From: a bacterium
GTDB taxonomy: Bacteria; Patescibacteriota; Minisyncoccia; UBA6257; GWB1-50-10
DNA length: 64,000 nucleotides
Assembly: GCA_002686365.1 (NCBI GenBank)
Contig: NZBZ01000020.1
Location: forward strand, 55,484-119,483
Direction of reading: 5' to 3'
Part shown: piece by piece, positions 10,543-19,563 of the stretch
Position numbering within the stretch: the first letter of the stretch is position 1
How the letters are laid out: the number at the start of each line of letters is the position of its first letter
Made by a program: the position numbers and the translations under genes
The notes under the pieces: model-generated
Told to the model about the DNA's origin: nothing
Seen by the model: the letters and a program-made list of their open reading frames with translations, nothing else
Database searches by the model: none

Positions 10543-10705
10543 ATTCTGACGCAGTAACTTGCGGGATAATAAATATAACAATATAATCAATAAATAAGTC
10601 GTACTGTCATAAACCCCATAAATTAGCGGATTAAATCAGTAGATTAAGGTAGATTTTAATCTGCTCGACCCGTACTGACGTTATTCAGGCGGGCTTATAA
10701 ACGAG

Positions 10706-11812
10706 ATGAAAATACAAGATTTCAAAAAAAACTTAAAACCGCTTGATATAGTGATATTTCACGTAGGCGGAGTAGGGGACTATGGTCCGGTCGAGTGTGT
10801 TGTTGATAAATTTGCTCCTCACGTGATTACGGTCTGCTTTGAGGCCAATACATCGGAGAATGATGAGCTTGTTCAAAAAGAGCTTTCTGAGCGCGGAGTT
10901 AGGGCGGTTCTAATGCCTCATGCTGTTGGGGGCACTGTAGAAAGGCGGCCTTTTTACATTAATAAGCATTCAGTAAGCAGCAGTCTATTTCCTCCTTCGC
11001 CGCAGGCTATTGAAGAAAACGTAGTCTATAGCGACGGTGATATTACTTGGGGAGAATTTTGCGAATTAGACCGTACTGTTGAAATGGATGTCACTACTTT
11101 TGATAAGGTTATAAAAGATAATGATATTCCGCCTCCTGATATTGTAAGCCTAGACGCCCAAGGAGCAGAGCTGAGTATTATGAAGGGAGGAAAGGAGCTG
11201 GCAATGCCGAACGTATTGTGCGTAGTTAGCGAAATTGAATTTTGGGAAATCTATGAGGGGCAGGGCATGTTTTGCGAGCAGATGAAGTTTCTTAATGATC
11301 TTGGATTCCGAATCGCGGAGATATTCTGCCCTCAGTACTGGCATCCTGATACAGCTGTAGGCAAAGGATTTCTAACAGTTGGTGAGGCCTTGTTTTTCCG
11401 TGATGCTAATAAGTATTCTGCCAAGTTTAAGAATTCAGATGATAAAACTATTCTCTATGAGGCAATGAAACTTGCCGCCATAGCGTATTCATTCCGGAGA
11501 TTGTCATATGCCTCTATGTTGGTGACGTGGATTCTTGAGAAGTTCGGCGAAGAAGCAAGGACATTATTTTTGGCTAATGAGAGTTACAAGCCGCTTCTAG
11601 GTCTTCAGAAAGCTGTTAAGCGTAATCATAAAAAATATTTGAAGGATGATAAATTTTTCTTTAAGACTGGCTGGCGCAGAAAGGGGCTTGCAAAGCTTGA
11701 GTTTCAGGACGCTATTAAGCCTCTTCTTAAAGGAGGCCCACTGGCTGCTATGCAGTACGCAGAAACTATTCTTCGAGATATATTACGCCATATATTTTGG
11801 TTTAAACGATAA
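10706..11812 (+). CDS. FkbM family methyltransferase
   Basis: HVGG, FEAN, LDAQGAELSI, EIEF. Confidence 0.85.
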   Translation: MKIQDFKKNLKPLDIVIFHVGGVGDYGPVECVVDKFAPHVITVCFEANTSENDELVQKELSERGVRAVLMPHAVGGTVERRPFYINKHSVSSSLFPPSPQAIEENVVYSDGDITWGEFCELDRTVEMDVTTFDKVIKDNDIPPPDIVSLDAQGAELSIMKGGKELAMPNVLCVVSEIEFWEIYEGQGMFCEQMKFLNDLGFRIAEIFCPQYWHPDTAVGKGFLTVGEALFFRDANKYSAKFKNSDDKTILYEAMKLAAIAYSFRRLSYASMLVTWILEKFGEEARTLFLANESYKPLLGLQKAVKRNHKKYLKDDKFFFKTGWRRKGLAKLEFQDAIKPLLKGGPLAAMQYAETILRDILRHIFWFKR

Positions 11813-11831
11813 GCAGTAAGAAGCAATAACA

Positions 11832-12872
11832 ATGGCGACATGCCCGAAATTTACCGAATGCCTTGTCAGTGACAGGGTATTTGCTCAAAATCCTCTATCA
11901 GTAGTTGATGTGGGAGCCCGAGGAGGTCCAGAGCCGCATTGGCTGCACTACAAAGATCAGGTAAAGATCGTTGCTTTTGAGCCTGAAAAGAAAGAGTGTG
12001 AAGCGTTAAATAAAAAACGCGCCTCTTCGCGAATCACATATTATCCTTTCGCTCTTCATAAGGCAGAGGGAACATATGAATTCTATGAGCTAGGCACACC
12101 AGACGGAGCAAGCTTTTATAAAATGAACGAAGAGTTCGTAGAACGGTTTCCTGATGAAATGGATCTTGGCGTGAAAGGTCAAACGCGTGTGCAGGCAACA
12201 ACTCTTGATTCGTTTCTTGCTGAGCACAAAATCCCTAATGTGGATTTTATGAAGATTGATACAGAGGGCGCGGAACTGGATGTATTGGAGGGATCAATAA
12301 AAGCACTTAAGAGTTCAGTACTTGGTATAAGCTGTGAGGTTCTTTTTACTCCATGGAGAAGCAACAAAGTTCTTTTTAGTAATGTAGAACGGTTTTTGTA
12401 TGAGTTGGGGTTTAGGTTATACGATCTTAGTACGCATAAGTATGCCAGAAAATCTTTTCCCGGACCGGAAAGTTCTTGGGGACAGATAATAGTAGGGCAG
12501 GCAATATTTTTCCGGGATCCTATTGAGGAGATAAAAAACAAAACTGCGCTTTTAAATGGATGGGACAAGGATCGTATATATAAGTTAGCAACATTATTTG
12601 AGATTTTTAGATTGCCGGATTGCGCAATAGAACTGCTTCAGTTTGCTAGTAAGGAGGGATTAATAGAGGCCGATGAGAAGGAGAGAGCACTTTATAATGA
12701 TCTTATATCAAAAAGTTATTCAGGCACTACATATGAGAAACATTTCAAAAAGTTAAAAAAGATAAAAAAGAGGGGATATGCAAGTTTTTACGAAATGTTA
12801 AAAGCGCGTGCACGCAAAAGTTTTCTTGCGAAAATAGTACGCAAATTCATTGTTGATCCCCGCCTAAAATAG
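11832..12872 (+). CDS. FkbM family methyltransferase
   Basis: DVGARGG, FEP, KIDTEGAELDVLEG. Confidence 0.9.
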   Translation: MATCPKFTECLVSDRVFAQNPLSVVDVGARGGPEPHWLHYKDQVKIVAFEPEKKECEALNKKRASSRITYYPFALHKAEGTYEFYELGTPDGASFYKMNEEFVERFPDEMDLGVKGQTRVQATTLDSFLAEHKIPNVDFMKIDTEGAELDVLEGSIKALKSSVLGISCEVLFTPWRSNKVLFSNVERFLYELGFRLYDLSTHKYARKSFPGPESSWGQIIVGQAIFFRDPIEEIKNKTALLNGWDKDRIYKLATLFEIFRLPDCAIELLQFASKEGLIEADEKERALYNDLISKSYSGTTYEKHFKKLKKIKKRGYASFYEMLKARARKSFLAKIVRKFIVDPRLK

Positions 12873-12900
12873 TTTCAGCAGTGCTTATAAAAATAAAACA

Positions 12901-12922
12901 CCCTCGGGTTTAAAGCCGAGGG
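12901..12922. terminator. Hairpin between convergent genes (probable terminator)
   Basis: CCCTCGG-N8-CCGAGGG with an A-run on the left, giving a T-tail on the minus strand. Confidence 0.65.
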
Positions 12923-12955
12923 CAGATTGATCATGGAGCTGGTGCTGGAGGCTCC

Positions 12956-13732
12956 TTAGGTGAGCTCAGCGCGCTGGTCTCGCCGGAAGTTAACGTACTG
13001 CCTCCCTAGCGCAGTCTCGATGTAGCGCTCAACATCGTTTTCCCATCCGAGTTCTTCGGCAATCTCCGCTCCCAGCATTCGGAGAAATTTGACGAAGAAC
13101 TGAATGCTTTCAGGATCAACGAGCGAGCGCGCCCACTCCGGAAGCCATGCGTACCACTCCAGATTCCAGAACAGGAACTTAAGAATGGAGTCTCCACTCC
13201 CCATCCGGAAGTCGAACGGGTTACTTGCGCGGTAGAGAGGGACCTCACCCCCCCCATGAGCTGCCCCATCGAATATGTTGCGACACGGCCGCATGAGCCG
13301 ACTCAGCATGTCGGCAATCTGTAACATCTGCTGGAGCTCTGTTCCGAACCCCTCATGGAACCGCTCGCCGTGGTGTACTACAGCCTGAGCAATGCGGTCT
13401 TGAGCCTCGTCATCAAACGGGCTCTTCTCGAGAAGGGTGATGCAGGTGTGATACACAGCGTCTTGCCGCGCTCTCTTGCCAAGAGCTTGGAGTGCATCTT
13501 CATCAGACACAACTCCCCGCTCAATAAGAAGCCTTGCACAGCGATCTGCATTGTGCAGGAGGGCGAGCACGAGGAACTCGTATTTGTCCACCTCATAGGG
13601 TGCGAGAGGGTAGAGCTCGTGGAAGAGGTTCGCGACCGCATTCACATGAGGCCACCCGTGTCCTCCTTCGGCGTAAGCGTAGTAGGGCCCCAGGAGGGTC
13701 CTGAGATGAGATACGAACTCTTCATGCGTCAT
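12956..13732 (-). CDS. HD-domain-like metal-dependent phosphohydrolase (HN variant)
   Basis: H..GWPHV...LLHNAD...HH...ADML. Start at MTHEEF after SD-like GGAAGG. Visibly GC-richer than neighbours. Confidence 0.7.
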   Translation of the reverse strand: MTHEEFVSHLRTLLGPYYAYAEGGHGWPHVNAVANLFHELYPLAPYEVDKYEFLVLALLHNADRCARLLIERGVVSDEDALQALGKRARQDAVYHTCITLLEKSPFDDEAQDRIAQAVVHHGERFHEGFGTELQQMLQIADMLSRLMRPCRNIFDGAAHGGGEVPLYRASNPFDFRMGSGDSILKFLFWNLEWYAWLPEWARSLVDPESIQFFVKFLRMLGAEIAEELGWENDVERYIETALGRQYVNFRRDQRAELT

Positions 13733-14013
13733 CGTGGATCGTCCTTCCAGTACAGCGTTATGAGACAGAAACAGTTGTGAAATGAACAGTATGCTTATAT
13801 AATGAAATGTGATAAAAGTCAAGATTAGAAAAAAGCATATAAGTGCGAAAAAGCTCAAATAAAAATAAAATACAGCATCTATAAAGCTAATAATCATGCT
13901 AAAATAGCTTATAAACAACAAAAACACAGGAAATATGCTAGTCTTACGTGTACCTTCTTCTATTGAAAATAAGCTAAAAGTTGTTATAGAATGGTACGGG
14001 AAAATATACTCCA

Positions 14014-15003
14014 ATGATTATAACTAGAACACCATTTCGTATATCATTTTTTGGAGGCGGAACCGACCATCCTTCTTGGTACAAGGAGCACGGTGGAGCG
14101 GTTATTTCGACTTCAATAGATAAGTACTGCCATGTAACCTGCAGGCACTTACCGCCTTTTTTTGAGCACAAATCCAGAATCGCATGGTCTAAAATAGAGC
14201 TTGTAAAATCCAGAGAAGAGATTGACCATCCAGTAGTGCGTGCTGCCCTCGAATATCACAATATAGATGATGGAGTTGAAATACACACATTCGCGGATCT
14301 GCCAGCCCGATCTGGCATAGGTTCAAGCTCCTCTTTTACTGTAGGAGTTCTTCACGCACTATCTATCTTTAAGGGAAAAGCAATAGACAAAAAACAGTTA
14401 GCTCTTAGGGCTATACATCTTGAGCAGGATATTTTGAAGGAGAATGTCGGCTCTCAGGATCAGGCTGCAGCAGCTTTTGGGGGATTCAACAAGATAACCT
14501 TTGGAGGATCAGAGGAAATACGAGTAGAGCCAATCTTCTTAGAGCAGGAAAAATTAAATAACTTGAAAAACCACCTCTTACTCTTTTTTACCGGACTGTC
14601 TAGAAAGTCCTCAGAAGTTGCAGGCGAACAGATAAAAAATATACCTAATATAGGAAAGGAGCTCACTGCCATGAGAAAGATGGTAGATGATGCATCCCAT
14701 GTGTTAGGAAAGGGAGATATAAAAGATTTTGGCAAACTGCTTGATGAGTCATGGAAAATAAAAAGAGGATTATCTTCCAAAGTTACGAATCCGCAAGTAG
14801 ATGGAATATATGAGGCAGCAAAAGAGGCAGGCGCGATTGGAGGAAAGGTTTTAGGCGCAGGAGGCGGAGGTTTCATGCTGTTCTTTGTGCCTCCAGAGCA
14901 TCATGAGGCAGTGAAAGCCAAATTAAATAATCTTCCACTTGTTCCTTTTGATTTTGAAGATAGCGGAAGCCACATCATACATCACCGAAAAGAAGACGCC
15001 TAA
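14014..15003 (+). CDS. hddA: D-glycero-alpha-D-manno-heptose-7-phosphate kinase (GHMP kinase)
   Basis: RTPFRISFFGGGTD, PARSGIGSSS, GSQDQ, GAGGGGF. Confidence 0.85.
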   Translation: MIITRTPFRISFFGGGTDHPSWYKEHGGAVISTSIDKYCHVTCRHLPPFFEHKSRIAWSKIELVKSREEIDHPVVRAALEYHNIDDGVEIHTFADLPARSGIGSSSSFTVGVLHALSIFKGKAIDKKQLALRAIHLEQDILKENVGSQDQAAAAFGGFNKITFGGSEEIRVEPIFLEQEKLNNLKNHLLLFFTGLSRKSSEVAGEQIKNIPNIGKELTAMRKMVDDASHVLGKGDIKDFGKLLDESWKIKRGLSSKVTNPQVDGIYEAAKEAGAIGGKVLGAGGGGFMLFFVPPEHHEAVKAKLNNLPLVPFDFEDSGSHIIHHRKEDA

Positions 15004-15023
15004 CCCGCCTAGTTAGCATATTT

Positions 15024-16310
15024 ATGAAACAGGCTGTATTTCTTGACAGAGACGGAGTAATAAATAAAGAAAAGGGATATATTGCGAGCTCTGATGAGAT
15101 AGAGCTTATTAAGGGTGCTGGAGAAGCCATTGCCCTGCTCTCAAAACTTGGGATGAAGATTGTAGTAGTAACGAACCAGCCGCAAGTTGCAAGGGGTCTT
15201 TGCGATGAAGAGGATGTGAAAGAGATTAATAAAAAGGTAGAAGAACTCGTTGTATCATGCGGAGGAAAGATAGACGCGTTTTACTTTTGTCCGCATCATC
15301 CAGAGAGACACCATCCAGACATTCCAAAAGACAGAATGAAGTACCGAATTAAGTGCAAATGCAGAAAGCCGAATATAGGCATGTTAGAGCAGGCAGCACG
15401 CGATCTAGGCATATCTCCAGAAGGAAACTTTATGATAGGAGACCATCAGAGAGATATACAGGCAGGAAAAAAGTTTGGATGCAGAACTATACTGGTTCAT
15501 GCAGAGCAGAAAAAGGACAGTAAAAAAGAAGATGAAAAAGAAGAGGAGCCAGACTTTGTATGTGAGGATCTTTTGGATGCAGCGCATTTAATCGTCAGTG
15601 TGCAGAAAATGGCAACGCTCATTCTTGCAGGAGGAGAGGGAAGGCGTCTACGCCCGCTTACAGAAACCATGCCAAAGCCAATGGTGCCTATTGTAGGAAA
15701 GCCCGTGCTTGAGCATCTGATAGAGCTGAATAGAAAAGAGGGAATTAAACGAATTATCATTTCAGGAAGCTATATGTTCGACTATATTAAAGAGTACTTT
15801 GGAGATGGAAGCAGATTTGGAGTGAGTATTGAGTATGTAGATGACGGAGAGGAGCCATTGGGATCTGGAGGGCCGTTGAAGAAGTGTGAAGATATCTTGC
15901 CTGAGCATTTTGTTGTAATGAGTGGAGACGCAATTACCAACTTTGCCATTCACGAACTTGTGAATATGCACATGCAGAAAAAGGGAATAGCTACAATTGT
16001 AGTTCGTGAAACAGATCATCCAGAAGACAGCGATATTATTGAGGTTGATGACACAGGAAGGGCCGTGCACTTCTTCAGCAAGCTGGAGAAAGAAAAAAAG
16101 GGAGATATGGGAAATACCGGACTGTTCGTATTTAAAAAAGAAGCGCTTGCATTTGCACCAGAGAAAGGTAACCTTGAGCAGGATTTATTGCGTCCCTTGA
16201 TAGAGAAAGAAAAGGTGTACTGCTACATAAACACAAAATACTATATAAAAGACATTGGAACAAAAGAGAGGTATGAAAAGGCAGAAAAAGATTTTTCATC
16301 CCTCACATAA
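15024..16310 (+). CDS. Fusion of GmhB-type HAD bisphosphate phosphatase and HddC-like nucleotidyltransferase
   Basis: FLDRDGVIN, TNQ, CPH, CRKP, GD, then ILAGGEGRRLRPLT..PKPM, EPLGSGG, DIGT. Confidence 0.9.
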   Translation: MKQAVFLDRDGVINKEKGYIASSDEIELIKGAGEAIALLSKLGMKIVVVTNQPQVARGLCDEEDVKEINKKVEELVVSCGGKIDAFYFCPHHPERHHPDIPKDRMKYRIKCKCRKPNIGMLEQAARDLGISPEGNFMIGDHQRDIQAGKKFGCRTILVHAEQKKDSKKEDEKEEEPDFVCEDLLDAAHLIVSVQKMATLILAGGEGRRLRPLTETMPKPMVPIVGKPVLEHLIELNRKEGIKRIIISGSYMFDYIKEYFGDGSRFGVSIEYVDDGEEPLGSGGPLKKCEDILPEHFVVMSGDAITNFAIHELVNMHMQKKGIATIVVRETDHPEDSDIIEVDDTGRAVHFFSKLEKEKKGDMGNTGLFVFKKEALAFAPEKGNLEQDLLRPLIEKEKVYCYINTKYYIKDIGTKERYEKAEKDFSSLT

Positions 16311-16400
16311 CCCCATACACTCAAAAACCGTGCGTGAGGCATTATAATGTTCCCGACTATACGCGTTTGATTTCCATTGTATGTTATGTGAGGGATTCAT
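16295..16400 (-). mobile_element. 96-bp MITE-like palindromic element flanked by ATGAA direct repeats (copy 1)
   Basis: Terminal inverted repeats ATCCCTCACATAA/TTATGTGAGGGAT. Same length as, and about 76% ungapped identity to, the copy at 59675-59780 in opposite orientation. Confidence 0.85.
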
Positions 16401-16426
16401 CCTTAAAAGACTCGCCAGCCAAATAA

Positions 16427-16455
16427 TTGCGTAAAAGCAGTGCCAGTGATAAAAT
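16427..16455 (+). promoter_or_regulatory. Sigma70 promoter giving a leaderless start at 16463
   Basis: TTGCGT-17 nt-TAAAAT with TG extension; ATG 7 nt downstream. Confidence 0.6.
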
Positions 16456-16462
16456 TGCTGCC

Positions 16463-17416
16463 ATGGATACAGATATGAAAAAACTTACCATTCTTGTAAC
16501 AGGAGGCTTGGGCTCAATCGGTCACGTGCTATGTAAACGTCTTATTAAAGAGGGGCACAGCGTTGTTATTGTGGACGACTTGAGCGTTGGGCATAAGGAA
16601 TTTTTAGAGGATATGCCAAGGGCAAAGCTATATGAATGCAGTGTATCAGACTACAAAAGCCTAAAGAAAGCCTTTAAAGAAAACAATATAGACGCAGTCT
16701 ATCATCTCGCAGCAAGACATTACATTCCATATTGCGAAACCCACCCCAAAGAAACAATGGAGACAAATGTATTTGGAACGCTGAACATTATAACGTTAAT
16801 GAAGGAACACAAGGTTCCGCGTCTCATCTTTGCCTCAACATCATCAGTGTACGAGCCAAGAGAACGTCCGTATAAAGAAGATGATAAGTTCGGGACTGTA
16901 AATATATATGGCGTTTCAAAGCTCGTATGTGAACATGCAATACAGAACTACGGACCTCATTACGATATAACGTACACCATCGCGCGATTCTTTAATGTAT
17001 ATGGTACTGATGACTTAGTGCATCATGTTATTCCAGAGTTAGTACAGCAGGCGCAAAACTCTGATGTAATAAAAGTAGGAAATCTGCATGCAAAGAGAGA
17101 TTTTATTCATGTAGATGATATAGTTGATGCTATTGTGAAGTGCCTAGAAAACGAAAAAGCCCGTAACAATATATATAACATAGGAACAGGAAGAGCGATT
17201 TCAATTCAGGATGTGGTTGATGCTATATGCAAAGCAGCAGGCAAAAAGTTCAAGATTGAGGTAGATGAAAAAAGGAAAAGAAAAGTAGATCCACCTGTAC
17301 TGCTTGCTGATAACTCAAAGATTATAAAAGATCTTGATTGGCATCCGGATAAGGGCTTCTCTTTAGAAAAAATATACGCAGAGACGAAATTTTGGCCGGT
17401 AGATCCCAGATCGTAG
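16463..17416 (+). CDS. NAD-dependent epimerase/dehydratase (GalE-like)
   Basis: VTGGLGSIG, YGVSK, RFFNVYG, RDFIHVDD. Confidence 0.9.
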   Translation: MDTDMKKLTILVTGGLGSIGHVLCKRLIKEGHSVVIVDDLSVGHKEFLEDMPRAKLYECSVSDYKSLKKAFKENNIDAVYHLAARHYIPYCETHPKETMETNVFGTLNIITLMKEHKVPRLIFASTSSVYEPRERPYKEDDKFGTVNIYGVSKLVCEHAIQNYGPHYDITYTIARFFNVYGTDDLVHHVIPELVQQAQNSDVIKVGNLHAKRDFIHVDDIVDAIVKCLENEKARNNIYNIGTGRAISIQDVVDAICKAAGKKFKIEVDEKRKRKVDPPVLLADNSKIIKDLDWHPDKGFSLEKIYAETKFWPVDPRS

Positions 17417-17420
17417 AAGC

Positions 17421-18476
17421 ATGAAAGTACTTTTTCTCACAACGAAACTCAATGATGTAGGAGGCATCCAGCAATACAATCGTATCTTTATAGAAACAGC
17501 AAGAGAACAGGGGCATAAGGTAACAATTGTTGAGAAAATTGGCGGAGGTCTATTCTCCAAATCAATCTTTGCAGCAAAGAGTCTGCTTCAGGGCATGCGT
17601 GGCTGGGATCTTATCTGGTGCGGGCACATTAACTTTTCTCCAGTAGGATATTTTATATGGAAAGTAAAAAAAACTCCTTATGCTATAAGCACTCATGGGC
17701 TTGAGACTTGGGAGTTAAGGGAGAGCCATAAGGAGCCAGTGCGCAATGCAAAGCTCATTACCACAGTAGCTCACTACTCCAAGAAAAAACTGGTTGAACA
17801 GATTCCAGAACTAGAAAACAGAGTTTACATGCTCTATAGCTTTGCCGACGGAATAAAATGGCATATAAAAGAAAAGTCACAGACTCTCGCAAAAAAACTT
17901 AGGTTGGAAGGAAAGAAAGTTATTTTGACTGTAGCTCGCTTATCTAAAGAAGAGGGATATAAGGGATATGATCGAATAATTCAGTCTCTGCCTCGCATAC
18001 AAAAAGATGTGCCGAATACTGCCTACATACTTGTAGGAAAGGGGGATGATGCGCCTAGAGTGAGCAGGCTTGTGGAAGAGATGGGGCTGCAAAAAGACGT
18101 AATCCTCGCAGGATATGTATCTGATGAGGAGCTTATAGACTATTATAATCTCGCAGATGTATTTGCCATGCCCTCAAAGAAAGAAGGGGCTCCAGCAGTA
18201 TTTTTGGAAGCCCTTGCATGCGGCCTGCCTGTTATTGGAGGAAATTGCGACGGATCCAGCACTCCGATAATGGATGGCAAGGTAGGATTTCTAATTGATC
18301 CGGAAAGTATTGATGAGATTACTGAGACGATTGTAAAAATTCTCAAAAAAGAAGTAGAGCCAAAACTTCTTGATGGAGAGTGGCTGAGGCGTGAGATGCT
18401 TGCAAAATTTGGAAAAGATAAATTTGAGGAACGCGTAGGCGAGGTCATGAATTTGGTGCAGGGTGAGGATAAGTGA
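17421..18476 (+). CDS. Glycosyltransferase family 4
   Basis: GGIQ, YKGYD, EG...VFLEALACG. Confidence 0.9.
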   Translation: MKVLFLTTKLNDVGGIQQYNRIFIETAREQGHKVTIVEKIGGGLFSKSIFAAKSLLQGMRGWDLIWCGHINFSPVGYFIWKVKKTPYAISTHGLETWELRESHKEPVRNAKLITTVAHYSKKKLVEQIPELENRVYMLYSFADGIKWHIKEKSQTLAKKLRLEGKKVILTVARLSKEEGYKGYDRIIQSLPRIQKDVPNTAYILVGKGDDAPRVSRLVEEMGLQKDVILAGYVSDEELIDYYNLADVFAMPSKKEGAPAVFLEALACGLPVIGGNCDGSSTPIMDGKVGFLIDPESIDEITETIVKILKKEVEPKLLDGEWLRREMLAKFGKDKFEERVGEVMNLVQGEDK

Positions 18477-18491
18477 TATACTGCAAAACGT

Positions 18492-18776
18492 ATGAATCCC
18501 GTTAGAGACAGCCAATTCTACTATGTTTATGTCTTGCGTAGTAAAAATAGTACAATATGGTATACAGGATTTACCGCAGATTTACGGAAGCGCTTTAAGG
18601 AGCACAGCAATGAAAAAATTGGATGGACAAAAAGTAGAAGACCATTTGAATTAATGTATTATGAAGCTTGCAAAAATATCACTGATGCAAGGTCGAGGGA
18701 AAAATATCTAAAATCAGGCATGGGAAAGCGCTATCTGAAAAATAGATTAAAGCGCTTCCTGTCTCTAACGGGATGA
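18492..18776 (+). CDS. Small GIY-YIG nuclease
   Basis: YYVYVL...WYTGFT.DLRKRFKEH...RPFEL.YYE...AR.REKYLKSG. Confidence 0.92.
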   Translation: MNPVRDSQFYYVYVLRSKNSTIWYTGFTADLRKRFKEHSNEKIGWTKSRRPFELMYYEACKNITDARSREKYLKSGMGKRYLKNRLKRFLSLTG

Positions 18777-18777
18777 A
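18492..18777 (+). mobile_element. GIY-YIG-carrying palindromic element bounded by 16-bp inverted repeats and ATGAA direct repeats
   Basis: ATCCCGTTAGAGACAG (18496-18511) and CTGTCTCTAACGGGAT (18759-18774) are perfect inverted repeats; ATGAA at 18492 and 18773. Confidence 0.8.
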
Positions 18778-19489
18778 AAAACTCATTAAACGCATTCTTA
18801 ACTGGGGAAGTCCGGAGAAGTACGTCAGGAAGCTTCATGAAAACAAGAGCTATTTAGACGCCTACGCAGATCATACAGATACTCGCGTTGCTGAAGGGGA
18901 TGTTGAAAAGGCAATTGGAGGGTCATGGGAGGAGATGGGTAAACTTCAGTTTGATTTTTTGGTAAAAAAGGGCTTGGAGCCCCAGCACAAGATGCTTGAT
19001 ATTGGATGCGGAACTCTTAGAGGAGGAAGGCATTTTATTAAACACCTTGGTTCAAAGGGTTACACGGGATTTGATATCTCAGCAAAAGCAATTGAGCACG
19101 GGAAAAAACTTGTTGAAAAAGAGGGCCTTTCAGATAAGAAGCCTGAGCTTCTAATAAGCAAAGATAAGAATCTTAAGTTCAAAGAATTTAATGGAAGAGA
19201 ATTTGATTTCATATTTGCCCAGTCAGTGCTCACGCATCTTCCCCCAGAGAGCATTGAGGAGTTATTTGAGAATATTGGAAATATTATGAATCAGGAATCT
19301 GTTTTCTACTTCACATATTTTGAGGGAGACAGATACGAGCACTTCTCTATTGAGGATTTTAGATATCCATTCAGTCACTTTGAGTCAGTAGCTTGTGATC
19401 ATGGATTTACTATAGAGAACTGCTCTCATGAGTACCAACATAAGATAGGCCAGAAAATGGCAGCAGTGAAAAAGAAGACAGAAGAATAG
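18773..19489 (+). CDS. Class I SAM-dependent methyltransferase
   Basis: LDIGCGTLRGG, FAQSVLTH. Confidence 0.9.
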   Translation: MKKLIKRILNWGSPEKYVRKLHENKSYLDAYADHTDTRVAEGDVEKAIGGSWEEMGKLQFDFLVKKGLEPQHKMLDIGCGTLRGGRHFIKHLGSKGYTGFDISAKAIEHGKKLVEKEGLSDKKPELLISKDKNLKFKEFNGREFDFIFAQSVLTHLPPESIEELFENIGNIMNQESVFYFTYFEGDRYEHFSIEDFRYPFSHFESVACDHGFTIENCSHEYQHKIGQKMAAVKKKTEE

Positions 19490-19513
19490 GAAGCTCTGTA
19501 CAGAGTTAGTATA

Positions 19514-19540
19514 TAAACACGCCGAAGTCTGGCGTGTTTA
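19514..19540 (+). terminator. Hairpin TAAACACGCC-N7-GGCGTGTTTA
   Basis: Perfect 10-bp stem in the intergenic gap. Confidence 0.5.
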
Positions 19541-19563
19541 CGTTCTAAGAGGGCTCGTGTAAC

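Noticed and set aside
13733-14014. N-terminal extension of the 352-aa minus-strand ORF
   Set aside because: It is an F/I/L-rich read-through of AT-rich intergenic DNA that contains the gene's own promoter; the start is better placed at 13732.
15150-15157. GGGATGAA as another element end
   Set aside because: It lies inside conserved GmhB coding sequence with no partner arm; chance match.
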